Shown piece by piece: positions 41,372 through 54,267 of a DNA stretch of 64,000 bases. Within the stretch, counting starts at the first letter, position 1, and each line of letters starts with the position of its first letter. Where the stretch lies: NCBI RefSeq assembly GCF_964204645.1, contig NC_134032.1, positions 1,546,416-1,610,415 on the forward strand. The letters run 5' to 3'. The notes beneath the pieces are model-generated. The model made no database searches and had not been told where the DNA came from. It was given only the letters and a program-made list of their open reading frames with translations. The DNA is from Tubulanus polymorphus. Its lineage: Eukaryota > Animalia > Nemertea. The position numbers and the translations under genes are program-made.

Positions 41372-41819
41372 TGGTTCTAATTACTAAAGTTCACAGAGTT
41401 AAAAAAAAGAGTTTGAAGCGAATGAAGTTCAGTCGATTGAACTTCATTCAGAGATTTGAATTAACCTCTGTATCGATCCGTGTTTGCAGGAAGCGAGTAT
41501 ATTTTGTTAATTATCGCATTTGAAAAAATGCCACATTTCTAGCTGCCAATTACTGGGAAAATACTAGACCTTCGAGAAGTTGAGAAGGGGTTCGAGTAGA
41601 CACAGGTGAATCAATGGCTGATGCCCTATAAGGGTAATGTATCCCGGCCACCAGGTAAAAACTGCTAAATGGAAGCGATAACGGTTCACTCTGCCAACAA
41701 ATATAACAGATCCCCTCCTCACTCCTTTCCTTCTATTCAAATAAACGCGATTCGCATCAGTTTTAACTATATGCACGTAATATAACATGGACGGATAGAG
41801 AATGAACACGGAGCCCTAC

Positions 41820-41866
41820 CTGTAGTGTGCGGCGTATACCACGTGATCTTTAACGTTACCGCTCAT
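41820..41866 (-). CDS. Candidate alternative first coding exon of the SLCO gene
   Basis: gaaaATG..MSGNVKDHVVYAAHY-AG|gtaggg; phase 2, in frame with the acceptor at 35434. Confidence 0.45.
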
Positions 41867-42547
41867 TTTCGATAGTAAACGAATATTAGAGACTTCATCC
41901 AGCGACGAGTCGATCCTCTAATGAGCTATTAAATCAATTTCAAAGAGCGATCGACATCCTTTTTGAAATGAAGGGTTCAATTAAAACCCTATTTTAGAAC
42001 CGATACGTGTTACTATAGTCCACATCGGATTGTAGACCGTCGAATGAGAAATATCGCGCCCGTTTCGAACCCTTTAGAACATAATTAACACTTAACACTG
42101 TGACTAAGTTGAAAGCTCCACTAGTCGCTTAGTCCGGCAAACACTGGTGCTAAAACGTACATACATATCGTGTAAATTATTCCTCGTGGAATTTCAGATG
42201 TTTATTTCGACAATGCTATCTTACTGTTTCTCGTCTATGTATCGAACACTCGGAAGTGTTCTGGTATTGATTCAACGCTCCTCTGACAGCATGCTGCGGT
42301 GGTTGGATGGATGGATGGATGGATGGAAGTTGCCGAGATCGACGCTGAAACTTGTCATCCGTTCGTCTGATATTCACGCGCGTCGGAGAGAGGTTCAATC
42401 AGTCATTGACGAAGTCAATATTTTTGAAATATCATCATATTCGCCTGAACAGTGTTTGTGTGTGTGGGGGGGGGGGGGGTGGTGGGTAAGGGAACCAACA
42501 GCCCCCTTCACTAGAATATCCGTTATACCTGAAGTGAGCAGGTGAGT

Positions 42548-42883
42548 ACGGAAGCCCCTAGGTGACATATGAGATAATTTTTTTCATAATTTCGACTTAT
42601 TAAGTCGAATTTCGACTTAATAAGTCGAATTTCGTGTTAATTAAGTCGAATTTCGACTTAATAAGTCGAATTTCGACTTAATAAGTCGAATTTCGTGTTA
42701 ATTAAGTCGAATTTCGACTTAAAAGGTAGAAATTCGACATGAAAATAAAACTCGAAATTTGACTTAATTAACACGAAATTCGACTTATTATGTCGAAATT
42801 CGACTCGAATTTCGACTTGAATTTCGACTTACTAAGTCAAAGTTGTGAAAAAATTTTCTCGTATGTCACCTAGGGGCTTCCGT
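42548..42883. mobile_element. MITE with internal AAGTCGAATTTCGACTT subrepeats
   Basis: TIR acggaagcccctaggtgacat / atgtcacctaggggcttccgt. Confidence 0.75.
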
Positions 42884-42899
42884 GTGAGCGCAATTTTAC

Positions 42900-43015
42900 C
42901 TGGCGACAATATTGACCTCCCCAAATACATGGTTTCTCGGAGACACGGGAGACCCCGGTAGTGAGAGACCTCGCCAGTGATGGTGAGACTCTGGCCAGAA
43001 CTGTAATAGTTTCAT
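42900..43015 (-). CDS. Candidate alternative first coding exon of the SLCO gene
   Basis: MKLLQFWPESHHHWRGLSLPGSPVSPRNHVFGEVNIVA-AG|gtaaaa; phase 2, in frame with 35434; lies downstream of the CRE/ETS cluster. Confidence 0.45.
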
Positions 43016-43749
43016 CAGCAGCGTTGTGGTCACAGTTATCTGCTGACGAACTGATGAAGAGATAATAGAAATATCATAAACTCTCGCCGTTGCTACAGAG
43101 AATAATCAGCGAATCGATTAAGTGTCGTATGCTGCACGGGCGCCAAGTGTTGAAGTAGGGATTAGCGTTAGTACAGATTGAATCCCCGACTCCGCTGTTC
43201 TCGACCGACGCATTCTCTATTATCAGTCAAAACAAATATTGCCGTCACTTAGACGACGCTAACGACTGCGCCATAGAATAAAACCAGTAATCAAGGATTG
43301 CCCAACAAACGCGAGTATAATCTGGGTGACATCTTCAACTATCATCGATTCGTATGCGGCTGATTCTAGTCGATGATGCGAGAACTCATGTGGAACTGCT
43401 ACAGATGTTTGTAACTGATCGACCCCCCGCAACGACGACAACTCAGTCGATCGACTGGTCCCGGTGTCGTCTGTCTTCCTGTAGCGACCGATCAATAAAT
43501 AAATCAATAATCGATACCGACGGCGTTCGCACTTTATACACCATACACCGTACATCATAACCAGCGAATATCAATCGTAGAGTAACGGATTGAGATACGG
43601 CGAATACTGAACCCACGTGAGGCTGTCTGTCTGCTCAAATTCCTTGCTGCCTCAAGGTGAAAACGTCTTCCAATAATCAATACCATTTACATTTATATTC
43701 ACTCCAACTCAACCTAGTCTCACAAGTAAATTACACAGGCCCGAAAGCC

Positions 43750-43875
43750 CACTTGTGACGTCAGTGACATGCGCAGTCACGTCGCCGTATATGCCTATAT
43801 TTACACAGTCACGGGAAGTGACGTCACACAGTTGCAGATGTGATATTGACGTCACGCGTTTCGCGGAAGTGAAAA
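43750..43875. promoter_or_regulatory. Promoter-like cluster: three full CRE sites and two ETS sites
   Basis: TGACGTCA at 43756, 43819 and 43847; GGAAGTGACGTCA ETS-CRE composite at 43814; CGGAAGTG at 43864. Confidence 0.6.
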
Positions 43876-44216
43876 AGTATCCGTGAATATTAATAAAACG
43901 CCTTATCGCGATTTATGAAATTCCATGCAATATCTCTCTCGCAATATCAATATCTCTCTCGCAATATCAATATCTCTCTCGTTGACTGAGAATGATTTTC
44001 TAATAAAATATCCAGATAAATCGATAACTATCGCAGATATACTTGGCACTTGTACAGTAAGAGTTAGACTACGATCGGACGGTGATGATGATAGTAGTTG
44101 TGCCGAAGAGGCACAAGAAGTAAGTTGAGCCCCTAGTATAAATAAATATTCATTGAAAATGTTTATCGTGTCTGAAAGAGACTCTTCACTCAAACGCGCA
44201 GTTCGTGCATACTGCT

Positions 44217-44818
44217 GGAGAGAGGGAGAGCCACGAGAGGGAGAGCCACGAGAGGGTGAGCCACGAGAGCTAGGAGAGGGAGAGCCAGGAGGGGGAGATG
44301 GAGAGCCAGGAGAGGGAGGGAGAGAGCCAGGAGAGGGAGAGGGAGAGCCAGGAGAGGGAGAGCCAGGAGAGGGAGAGCCAGGAGAGGGAGAACCAGGAGA
44401 GGGAGAACCAGGAGAGGGAGAGCCAGGAGAGGGAGAGCCAGGAGAGGGAGGGAGAGAGCCAGGAGAGGGAGAAGGAGAGCCAGGAGAGGAAGAGAGAGAG
44501 GGGAGAGGAGAGGGAGAACCAGGAGAGGGAGAACCAGGAGAGGGAGAGGGAGAGCCAGGAGAGGGAGAGCCAGGAAAGGGAGAGCCAGGAGAGGGAGAGG
44601 GAGAGCCAGGAGAGGGAGAGGGAGAGCCAGCCGAGGGAGAGGGAGAGCCAGGAGAGGGAGAGCCAGGAGATGGAGAGGGAGAGCCAGGAGAGGGAGGGGG
44701 AGAGCCAGGAGAGGGAGAGCCAGCCGAGGGAGAGGGAGAGCCAGGAGATGGAGAGGGAGAGCCAGGAGAGGGAGAGGGAGAGCCAGGAGAGGGAGAGAGA
44801 GGGAGAGGGAGAGGGAGA
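44217..44818. repeat. Polypurine GGAGAG/GAGCCA low-complexity tract (~600 bp)
   Basis: Variable 15/21-bp units ccaggagagggagag. Confidence 0.95.
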
Positions 44819-45664
44819 TTAATCATGTACAGCATCAATAAGGGGATGAATTTACAATTGACAGCGAATCACGTGGTGCTATGCGGCACCTTAGACCAGA
44901 TATTAATAATCGTTTATCAATTGCGAACGTCATTTGCGAATGTGTTAAGAACATTAAACACGCGCCTCCCGTTAACACTTCTATAAACCGCGATCAATAA
45001 TCAGGGATGTACGTGGCATCGATGCCAACTGTCTGTGGAGGAAATCAGGGATGTGGCAAAAATACCTGCATCACTCTGGTAATGATATCCTCATAGATTC
45101 CAATAAGATTCTGTTTTTGTATTTTTCATGTTTGATCATTGATGATGTTACTAAATTGGACCGTAAACTGGTCCCAAACTAGGGGTCCAGGAACAACGTG
45201 TCCACTGGGGAAATGGTTTTTGAATTGCCAAAAAATCTGGCAACTTCAATATTCAACGCCCCAGGTAAACAAATACACAATGAACTTGAAACTCGCCACA
45301 ATCATAGAACATACCATGAGCTACAATTTTGCTACAGATTGCCTAGGTCCCTACTCACTGGGACAAAAGTGTATAATTAAGTCGCAAACAGTTCTCCAGG
45401 AAACCATTTCCACATGCGAGACCGGGTCCCTGTAGAAACGCTGGAATTTGATCCACATCTTCCTAAGTGGAACCTGGTTTCAGACAGTATTAGTTGTGTT
45501 CATACCTATTTTTCAGTTTTCTCAGTTACTGTTACAGTTTTACTATCATGATGTTTTCTGTTGTGTGGGTTTTCGTCAAGGAGATACAGTGTGTCTGTCT
45601 CTCTTTTACGTCGCCTTCGATTCAATGAAATCACCTCTTCCCAACATTGTCGTCGTAACGGCCA

Positions 45665-48600
45665 CTAAACGGTTGCCATGGAGACCGGTAACAGCGTTTC
45701 GGAGCCTCCTGTAAGAATAATATTAATAGAGATCAATGCCAGCGATATTTTAACAGTTCTTTTTTTTTCTAACGAGAAACGGGAAAATATACGAAACCCC
45801 TTCCACCCATAACACACAGTATTACCCTACCGAGATCGATCGGATCTACAACCTCAGGATTTAAGCCCAGCATTCTGACTACTTAAGACAGTTTGGAAAT
45901 TTGTCTGCTATCAGATTCACAAAAAGTGAACTCAAATTTTTGGTGTTATTGCTAATTGGTTACTTCATGTTTTCAATGAGGACAACATTTCAAACTTAAC
46001 CGTTTTAGGCTTAAACTTTGTTCGTGAAACTGGGCTCTGGTCATCAGTCAGTGTGGTGGTGACCAGTCAGTGTGGTGGTGACCAGTCAGTGTGGTGGTGA
46101 CCAGTCAGTGTGGTGGTGATCAGTCAGTGTGGTGGTGACCAGTCAGTGTGGTGGCGACCAGTCAGTGTGGTGGTGACCAGTCAGTGTGGTGGTGACCAGT
46201 CAGTGCGGTGGCGACCAGTCAGTGTGGTGGTGACCAGTCAGTGTGGTGGTGACCAGTCAGTGCGGTGGCGACCAGTCAGTGTGGTGGCGACCAGTCAGTG
46301 TGGTGGCGACCAGTCAGTGCGGTGGCGACCAGTCAGTGCGGTGGCGACCAGTCAGTGCGGTAGCTCGTTGTCAAGGAATGCTCTTTTTACCAACAGGCCT
46401 ACGATTCTCATATAAAGTAATTCTCTTTTCACACCAATCAAAAATGGCGGCAGTGTAATGTCGTGTTTGTTATCGGTTTATGAATTGATTCGTTCATCTT
46501 CGGTTACAACTTTAGTCTACTAACTGCAAGATGGATTTGAAAACGAAATTATTTACTGATTCGGATTCGAACTCAACCAATGAACACCAACTATCGTCCA
46601 GTTGAGTCAATGAACACCAACTATCGTCCAGTTGAACCAATGAACACCAACTATCGTCCAGTTGAGCCAATGAACACCAACTATCGTTCAGTTGAGCCAA
46701 TGAACACCAACTATCGTCCAGTTGAGCCAATGAACACCAACTATCGTCCAGTTGAACCAATGAACACCAACTATCGTCCAGTTGAACCAATGAACACCAA
46801 CTATCGTCCAGTTGAGCCAATGAACACCAACTATCGTCCAGTTGAGCCAATGAACACCAACTATCGTCCAGTTGAACCAATGAACACCAACTATCGTCCA
46901 ACCAACGCCAGACCAAACTCAACCGCCCGAAGCTGAGGTGTGTTCAGTTGCCACGACGTCTGAATGTTTGACAATCGGCGATTCTAACTGCCACCGCCTT
47001 ATATTGACTGCAAATACGTTCGTACGAATGGGTTTATATCGGGCGCGACTGCTCGTGAAATTAGTCAACACCTATAAACCTTGACAACTCGTTAGTTCGT
47101 GAGAGACAAATAACATATCTCTCCAGAATGATATGACGAAACCTGTGAATATCTTACTCAGCCACTCCCCAGCTGCAAATATAAACGTATCCAGCCACAT
47201 CTCGCCTCGGAAAGGAAAAAGTAAAAGCATAATGACATTGAATGAAGTTACATTCCTCGTAAACAGATACGTGTTTTTTGTGATAACTAGCGCACAGACT
47301 CCATTAAGGCCGAGTCGACGTGTCAGTCTTCATTTGTAGAAATTAATTCTAAACAGCATAAAAACACTTAGTTGGAATTATATACTAATTGAGCCGCTTC
47401 GATCAAAATTAAATCGTGAACATAGAAATTGCTGCCTTTTCGGAGATTTCAATATCAATTCGCATATGTCTGATGTACAAGATGATGTTTGATAAACCTG
47501 AAGCAGCTGCTGCCTCAATAGAGTTATCTAGACGGGGAGTTTACGTCCGGTATTCTATTCTATTTTCCAGTCATTTTGTTTGGTGATCGAGGAAACAACT
47601 CAAGTGAACAAAATCAAGACAAGAGACAATTTATTTTTGTGAATGTAAGGCTAAAAAAAATTGATACCTTGTTTCTCCGCTCTGCTGAGCTTAAATGTTG
47701 ACCCGGCCGGCCGCCTATCTACCCCATACATTACTTTTTTTTAAATCGTGATCAATTTTACCACAACAGACCCGGCCGCTATAGAAATGAACTGTTTACA
47801 AATTTTATCATATTTTACAAAAATGACCCGGCCGCTGCGGAGAAACAAGGTATCATTTTTGTTTAGCCTAATATGGATTTATCTTCCATTATGAAACAGC
47901 AGCCAGTAACTGGTCGACAGTTTACAAGTAGTCCTGTCATCATCTTTTTATTGATACATCACGTTTTGATAAATCGTTCCCATTAATAAATTCTAAAACT
48001 AATTAAGTATAAATAGTAATAAACCATGGTCTTTTGAAATCAATAAGACGTAAAAATTGTTTATGTGAAAAAATTCTTACGGATGCTCGTTAGCATAGTA
48101 GATATTCAAATATAAAAACTTGTAAAACTGTGCAGAGAAATCTTATTTCCGCTGAGCATCTTATTATCGGCTTCTAATGATTCTAATGATATGAAACAGA
48201 CATGGAAAATGATTAAGTAAGGCTTAAACATAAATTTTAAAGAATGTTCTGCATAACAAGTTCAAATGAAAACTTCTTGAATATACATGTACTCAAGTAC
48301 AGTGTACATACTTGTAGTAACATATTTCAATTCCAAGAAAGGTTTGGGTGCTGATGAAATAAACACAAAGTAACTGAACTGAGGGTCCAGTTCCACAGTT
48401 GTGAGTTAAGATTTGACCCTGGGTTAAAACATTGAAAATGAACTAACTTTAACTCAGAGTTAACTCTAACTCACAACTGTGGAACCGGGTCCTGATTTTT
48501 GACTAAGGATCCTCTCTTCTTTCCTGTTTATCTTTATTCTGTCTCGTTTTTCAACACAAGTTTTAACAGACTAGGATTGATCCCGACGAATCGAAAAACG

Positions 48601-49354
48601 CTAGAATTCGACCTTTATATATTACCGGCCTAAGGCTAAACAAAAATGATACCTTGTTTCTCCGCAGCGGCCGGGTCATTTTAGTAAAATATGATAAAAT
48701 TTATAAACAGTTCATTTCTATAGCGGCCGGGTCTGTTATGGTGAAATTGATCACGATTTTTTAAAAAGTAATGTATAGGGTAGATAGGCGGCCGGCCGGG
48801 TCAACATTTAAGCTCAGCAGAGTGGAGAAACAAGGTATCAATTTTTTTTGGCCTAAAATCTTGTTCATCACCTTCTAACGGGATTTAATTCGCGAATAAA
48901 GACTCATGTAAATAACTGCAGTATTTCGTCTGTTCCGTACGAGGGAAGAAAAGATGCCCTTTTTATCACGACACACATGATACGGTTTAGTGGTAAAAGT
49001 GCAGATCCGCACCTCTCGTGATTGACGCAATCTGCTGAATGACAGAATCCTGGCTAAAATCTTTCTACTCTCTCACTCAGTCTAGTGAAGATATCTTAAA
49101 ATTAGCCAATGGCAATGTACTGAATTGCTGATGACATTTCGAATCCGAAACAATGATATTTCATGTAATTGATTGAACTGTTTACGCGGAGAGGTACCTG
49201 CACTTTTACCTTTAGGGCCTCCTCTCCTGCGCGATCCGGTTTGATTTTTAAGACTGGAGGGATTATACACAAGCACAGAATCGAACGTATCCTCCTCGCT
49301 GAATGAGAGAGACGCGTTGTTGTTATTGTATCTGCTGCTGTCAGTACTCAGCAT
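45665..49354 (-). CDS. Candidate spliced 66-aa small ORF (CDS 49354-49198 joined to 45708-45665)
   Basis: aatacag| acceptor at 49389, CAG|gtacct donor (phase 1), ttcttacag| acceptor at 45708 continuing in frame to TAG; no recognisable homolog. Confidence 0.3.
46038..46360. repeat. 19-bp minisatellite, ~17 copies
   Basis: unit ccagtcagtgtggtggtga. Confidence 0.95.
46575..46900. repeat. 30-bp minisatellite, ~11 copies
   Basis: unit tgaacaccaactatcgtccagttgagccaa. Confidence 0.95.
47649..47868 (+). mobile_element. MITE family A, copy 3
   Basis: Same TIRs, TAA TSD. Confidence 0.85.
48383..48492. mobile_element. Short palindromic MITE family E (related copies at 62484-62623 and 63682-64000)
   Basis: TGA|gggtccagttccacagttgtgagtt...aactcacaactgtggaaccgggtcc|TGA. 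Confidence 0.7.
48634..48853 (-). mobile_element. MITE family A, copy 4
   Basis: Same TIRs, TAA TSD, inverted orientation. Confidence 0.85.
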
Positions 49355-51604
49355 CTCTGAGTGTTCCAGAGATACCCAAACCGCGCAGCCTGTATTAGAT
49401 GCAGGACTTGTCTAATATTAATACTAAAACGCTATGGAAAGATACCTATATGAAAGTACGTACCTAAACGGCGAATCCCGAGCTAGATCTAATCCCAGTT
49501 TTATAATCTATGGTGATTTTGTCTCTACGTGTTAATACACGTTGTATCTATCATCTAGTAAAATGGCTCTCTGATATTGAGTGCCATCTAGTGTTAGATT
49601 CAGCGCACCTGCCGAGTGAGCAGCAACGATCGAGTGTCTGGGAGTTTGAACATAGGGATTTTAACCGTTCCAGGGCCTCGTGTGCAAGGTCTATTTTCTT
49701 CACCAGTTTTAGTGTCACAGTCGACTTAGTCGCTTACCCGTATGTCTACCCTAGATCTCGTAGGATCATCTCGTCGATTAGAAGATTAAATAGAAAAGGG
49801 AATCTGTTTTTTTTTTTCAAATATTGTCATCAGAAATGGAAAATTTTCATTTGTGACTGTCGTGATATCATCCACAACTTAAAAAACCTTACTTACTATG
49901 GCACTGTAGGATATAAATATATCATTCCATCTAAACGGTATTCATCAGTATTACTGTATATATGTAGTGTAGAGCTTGTTGTATTTTGAGGGAATGAGAA
50001 ATATATTTTCAAATTTCATCTTCGTCTTAATGTATTGCATGTTAAGCTCTGGCAAACCTCTCAGGATCCTAAAGCTTCATTTTTTTCAGATTTTCTGGGG
50101 GAGGGCCTCCGTACAAGGGTTTCGCACCTTGCGCTCGTTTATGGAACGGTCACGTTGCGTCAAAGTCATTACCATTTTCAAATTGAGAGGGCTGTCAAAT
50201 TCCGCCCCCTGACCTTGACAAGATAGAATAACTGTGCTGAGATTTGACGCAACCTCGAGAAAATTCCGTGCAGTGAGAAAACTAGAATTGTCTCTTGCAA
50301 TTTTTCTAGATGCGGGAGATGACATCCTGGTCGCATCTTTGATCGGCCATCGTAACAGTGACTTCTTCCAGCTACTCACGATATCAGTATCTTAGGACGA
50401 AACGGCCTTGAGATTTTGGTAATAAAAGGACGACTCCGCCTTGGGTAATAAAGAACCTCACTTGCCGGATGGCGCCCGACGTGAACGCGTCATTTTCACC
50501 GAAGAATATCAAAACAAAATCAGCATGTAAAATATTTGCATTTTGGTTATGGCTTCCAGAGACTTGGGAGGGGAGACTGGTTGCCTGTCAAATACAGGCG
50601 ATGCAGAGAACACGGAACGTCTGATCTGGTTGTCGGAACCCCGAGACATGGTCACGTTTCTCGCAGACGCAGTGAGGAAACATCCAGAAACACTATTTCT
50701 GTCTCCTGTTTAACGTGTTTCCCTGAGTGTCTGTACAACAATCTGGTCCGTCACGTTGTCAGGAAACCGAGCAAAACTCGAAACATTTTAAAACTCTTTG
50801 ATGGATATGAATGCATTGACGTGACGCCTCGCCTCGCCTCGGTTTTTGGTTGAGAACCCGTGCCTGGTGGCCGAAAACGAACAACAAGGACAAGTTAGAT
50901 GACGCCCGTGTGATGTAAAGAAAAAGAAATTGCGTAAGGACTCTCAGAAGCAAGCGAATCTGAGATCTTGAGTTAGGGGGTGGATTTAGAAGGTTGTATC
51001 GTATGGTATCGGGGTATGAACCCGGCAGAGTCTCAGGCGCGGATCCAGACTATCGCACATGCAGCACGTGCGGTAGTCGCAGTTTTCAAATGCCAGTGAA
51101 AAATTTTTGTTTCGGGAAAAAAGTAAATAAAAAGGAACACAATTTGTGCGCCATAAAAAAATAATTGCCTTTCTGTACTAGGACTAAAGCAAAATGTGAA
51201 TGAAAGTAAATTGCCCAAAATCAATCTAGGGCATTTTCCTCTACTCAAAAGGGCACTATTCTAAAAAGAGACATTATTGTTGCTCTATAAATCTAATCGA
51301 AAAAGGGCAAATTTCGCCAAAAATCTAAAAAAGGCACAAGCAAATTGAATGTTATGGCAAAAAGTGGCATGATACCAATAAATAGCACTCAAACTCAAAT
51401 TCGCTCGCTGGACATTAATACTGGCCCTTTTCAAAGTTGGTGCCTTTTTTCACTGTTCTGTAGTCACCGAATGGCCCAGGCTGGATCCGCGCTGAGTCTG
51501 TCTCACTCTCAGTGGCCTAGTGCCCGGCCTGGCCCGTTGCGCTTTTGGCCAAGGTCGAGTTGAAACGTGGAGTATGATCGGCCTGCGCTCAGACTAATAA
51601 ACCA

Positions 51605-51969
51605 ACTCACCTCTCCTTCTCGTTATCAAGTGCCCTATTAGGACAACTCGCAACTTACGACAGATCACAATCGACCGCCCGCCCGAAGTCACTCGGGCCC
51701 TACTATATCAGATGCTGGTCCAAAGTCGTAAAAGTCCGCGTAACGTTCCGAAACCAAAACCGCTATTTACCCGCAACCAAATAAACAGCAGCCATTTTGT
51801 ATTTCATTTCCGGGTTGAAAGAAAATTGCTCGAAAATTGGATTGTGAAATTTGGATTTGAGGGATTGTTGCGGTTTTGTCGATGTTTAAATAGCCTTTCA
51901 TTAACAGAAACAGAAACGGATTTTTCAACTTCGAATAATTGGAACCATTTTTAATGAGTTTCAGTGAGT
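51605..51969. promoter_or_regulatory. Candidate bidirectional promoter with divergent first-exon donors
   Basis: Minus-strand donor GAG|gtgagt at 51610, plus-strand donor CA|gtgagt at 51964, YY1-like GCCATTTTG at 51791, ETS-like ATTTCCGG at 51806, CpG-rich. Confidence 0.45.
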
Positions 51970-52372
51970 ATCTATAGCTTTGAATCGAGTTTCATTCATT
52001 TTTATTTGGATGGATGTCATTCTGTCCTGACATTCGTTATAGAGTTGAAGTTCGACTGACTGGAGTATGGCAGACACTAGGTCTGACATGATTACTACGT
52101 TCGTTCGAGAAAACTTCGAATTTATTTTGTGTTTCGCAGACTTTTTACTTGACAATAGAAAGATATTTGATAAATCACCAAATGTATTCGTACTACTGCC
52201 CTGGGTTCTGGCCTAATTCGATAATTAATGTCAAAAACTCAGTAGTGAAAATGAAGAAATAGAAAAACAAATGAAATTCACTTTTTGATCGGTGAAGTGA
52301 AGATCTGTGTGATCAAAAATGAAAGAAATTAGGCCTAATTTTTCTGTATAACAAAAATGATTTAGAGGATAA

Positions 52373-52824
52373 GGGTCATCCTTATTACCGAGATGACGTA
52401 TCTTACCGAGATGAACCGAGACGAACCGAGATGAAATGAAATATAGCATATTTATTTATTTCTTATCGATTTTAACACTTGAAATCATGTTATATCAGTA
52501 ATAAATACCTTCTAGAGTCATATTTTATATATTTTTTTTATTTAAAAAAATTTTGACTTCAAATACGTAAACTCGGTTAGCAGATAAAATTTCATTGAAT
52601 TTGATTGATCGACGATCTTATCTCGGTGGAGTTAAGTGATTTTTCTACAAAAATATCCCACAAAATATGTAAAATATGACTCCAGCAGGCATTTATTACT
52701 GATAAAATATGATCTCAATGGTAAAAATCGATAAGGAATAAATAAATATGTCATATTTAATTTCACCTCGGTTGATCTCGGTTCATCTCGGTAAAATACG
52801 TCATCTCGGTAATAAGGATGACCG
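52373..52824 (+). mobile_element. MITE family D (8-bp TSD, hAT/P-type), copy 1
   Basis: Long TIR GGTCATCCTTATTACCGAGATG; TSD gaggataa (52365-52372 and 52825-52832). Confidence 0.85.
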
Positions 52825-52951
52825 GAGGATAATTGATTACAAATTGAACGTATGGCCTAATCTGATGTCTATTTCAACCTGACTTAGACTTGATAACACG
52901 CGACCTAGCTCAGTCAGTTTCAATACCTGAAATATATAGGTTAGAAATGAC

Positions 52952-53635
52952 CGGTCATCCTTATTACCGAGATGTCATATTTTACCGAGATGAACCGAGA
53001 TGAAATGAAATATAACATATTTATCACGATTGGTAGAACACTATATCCGTGTTGACGACGATGAGGAGAGAATCCCACAATGATAATAAAAAGTCCGAAA
53101 ATGAAACTTCGAGATAGTAGTTTATTTCAACGTTTCGACTATATCCTAATAGTTATTCCTGAAGATGACTATTAGGATATAGTCGAAACGTTGAAATAAA
53201 CTACTATCTCGAAGTTTCATTTTCGGACTTTTTATTATCATTGTGGGATTCTCTCCTCATAACATATTTATTTATTCCTTATCGATTTTAACAATTGAAA
53301 TCATATGATATCAGTAATAAATGCCTGCTGGAGTCATATTTTACACATTTCGTCGGATATTTTTGTAGAAAAATAACTTTTAACTTTACCGAGATGAGAT
53401 CGTCGATCAATCAAATTCAATGAAATCTTATCTGCTAACCGAGGTTACGTATTTGAAGTCAAAATTTTTTTTTATAAAAAAGATATGTAAAATATGACTC
53501 TAGAAGGTATTTATTACTGATATAACATGATTTCAAGTGTTAAAATCGATAAGAAATAAATAAATATGCTATATTTCATTTCATCTCGGTTCATCTCGGT
53601 AAAATACGTCATCTCGGTAATAACAAGGATGACCC
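52952..53635 (-). mobile_element. MITE family D, copy 2 (inverted; contains the PLE fragment)
   Basis: TSD gaaatgac (52944-52951 and 53636-53643). Confidence 0.85.
53025..53258. mobile_element. Second PLE-like fragment (inverted-repeat structure, one intact hammerhead motif)
   Basis: Near-identical to 23091-23232 plus an inverted arm; 13-bp TSD ataacatatttat (53012-53024 and 53259-53271). Confidence 0.75.
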
Positions 53636-54267
53636 GAAATGACTGGCAGTTGAGCAAAAATCATTTTAATCCATTTTAATCTGTATTGAAGGATAACCAA
53701 AAAATCTTCATTGATAGTAGTAGCATGATAGAAAAAGACAGGGGCGTTGGAAGCTATTTTAATTAACTGCGACCACTTGCCGATTTTCGACAGGTTTTTA
53801 TAAATATTGCTGCTTCAATTTCTTCAAAAACATGATCAATATTCGAAGAAAAAAAACTCATTCAATAAATTATTGCCACGCGCCGGAGTTGCCGCAGTTC
53901 CAACGCTATTGAAGAAACGCCATGTAGGCATGGAAACATATTGTTGAACATTCAAATAATGGCGTCACTTTTCTTCTATTCCATCGCCTTTCAATGACAG
54001 CCTTTTCGCAATCATTCAGTTCGGTGTAAGATGGATTTAAAAACTCATCGTTTTAGTTCGACCGACAGCCCATTCTCGTACGACCACCTGATGTCTCCTC
54101 TCATTTCAAGCGAAACTTGAAATAGACATGTATTAGTATGGATTGCGTGCAAGCCGCGCTCTCTAATTCGGCATGGACCAAATTTGACGCAGACTTGAGA
54201 ACAAATTTAGCCCATGCCTAATTAGAGAGCGCGTTCACATGTAAACAACTAACTTGATACTAAACAA

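Larger units (their letters stand above)
52863..54129. mobile_element. Degenerate family C copy interrupted by nested insertions
   Basis: tgatgtctatttcaacctgactt start; resumes gactggcagt at 53641; ends ttgaaatagacat. Confidence 0.6.

Noticed and set aside
43051-43076. CTGATGA...GAAA hammerhead candidate
   Set aside because: No stem II pairing.
43903-44986. Collagen-like GEP or extensin-like SPSPG ORFs
   Set aside because: Low-complexity purine tract lacking stops by composition; Gly spacing is not Gly-X-Y.
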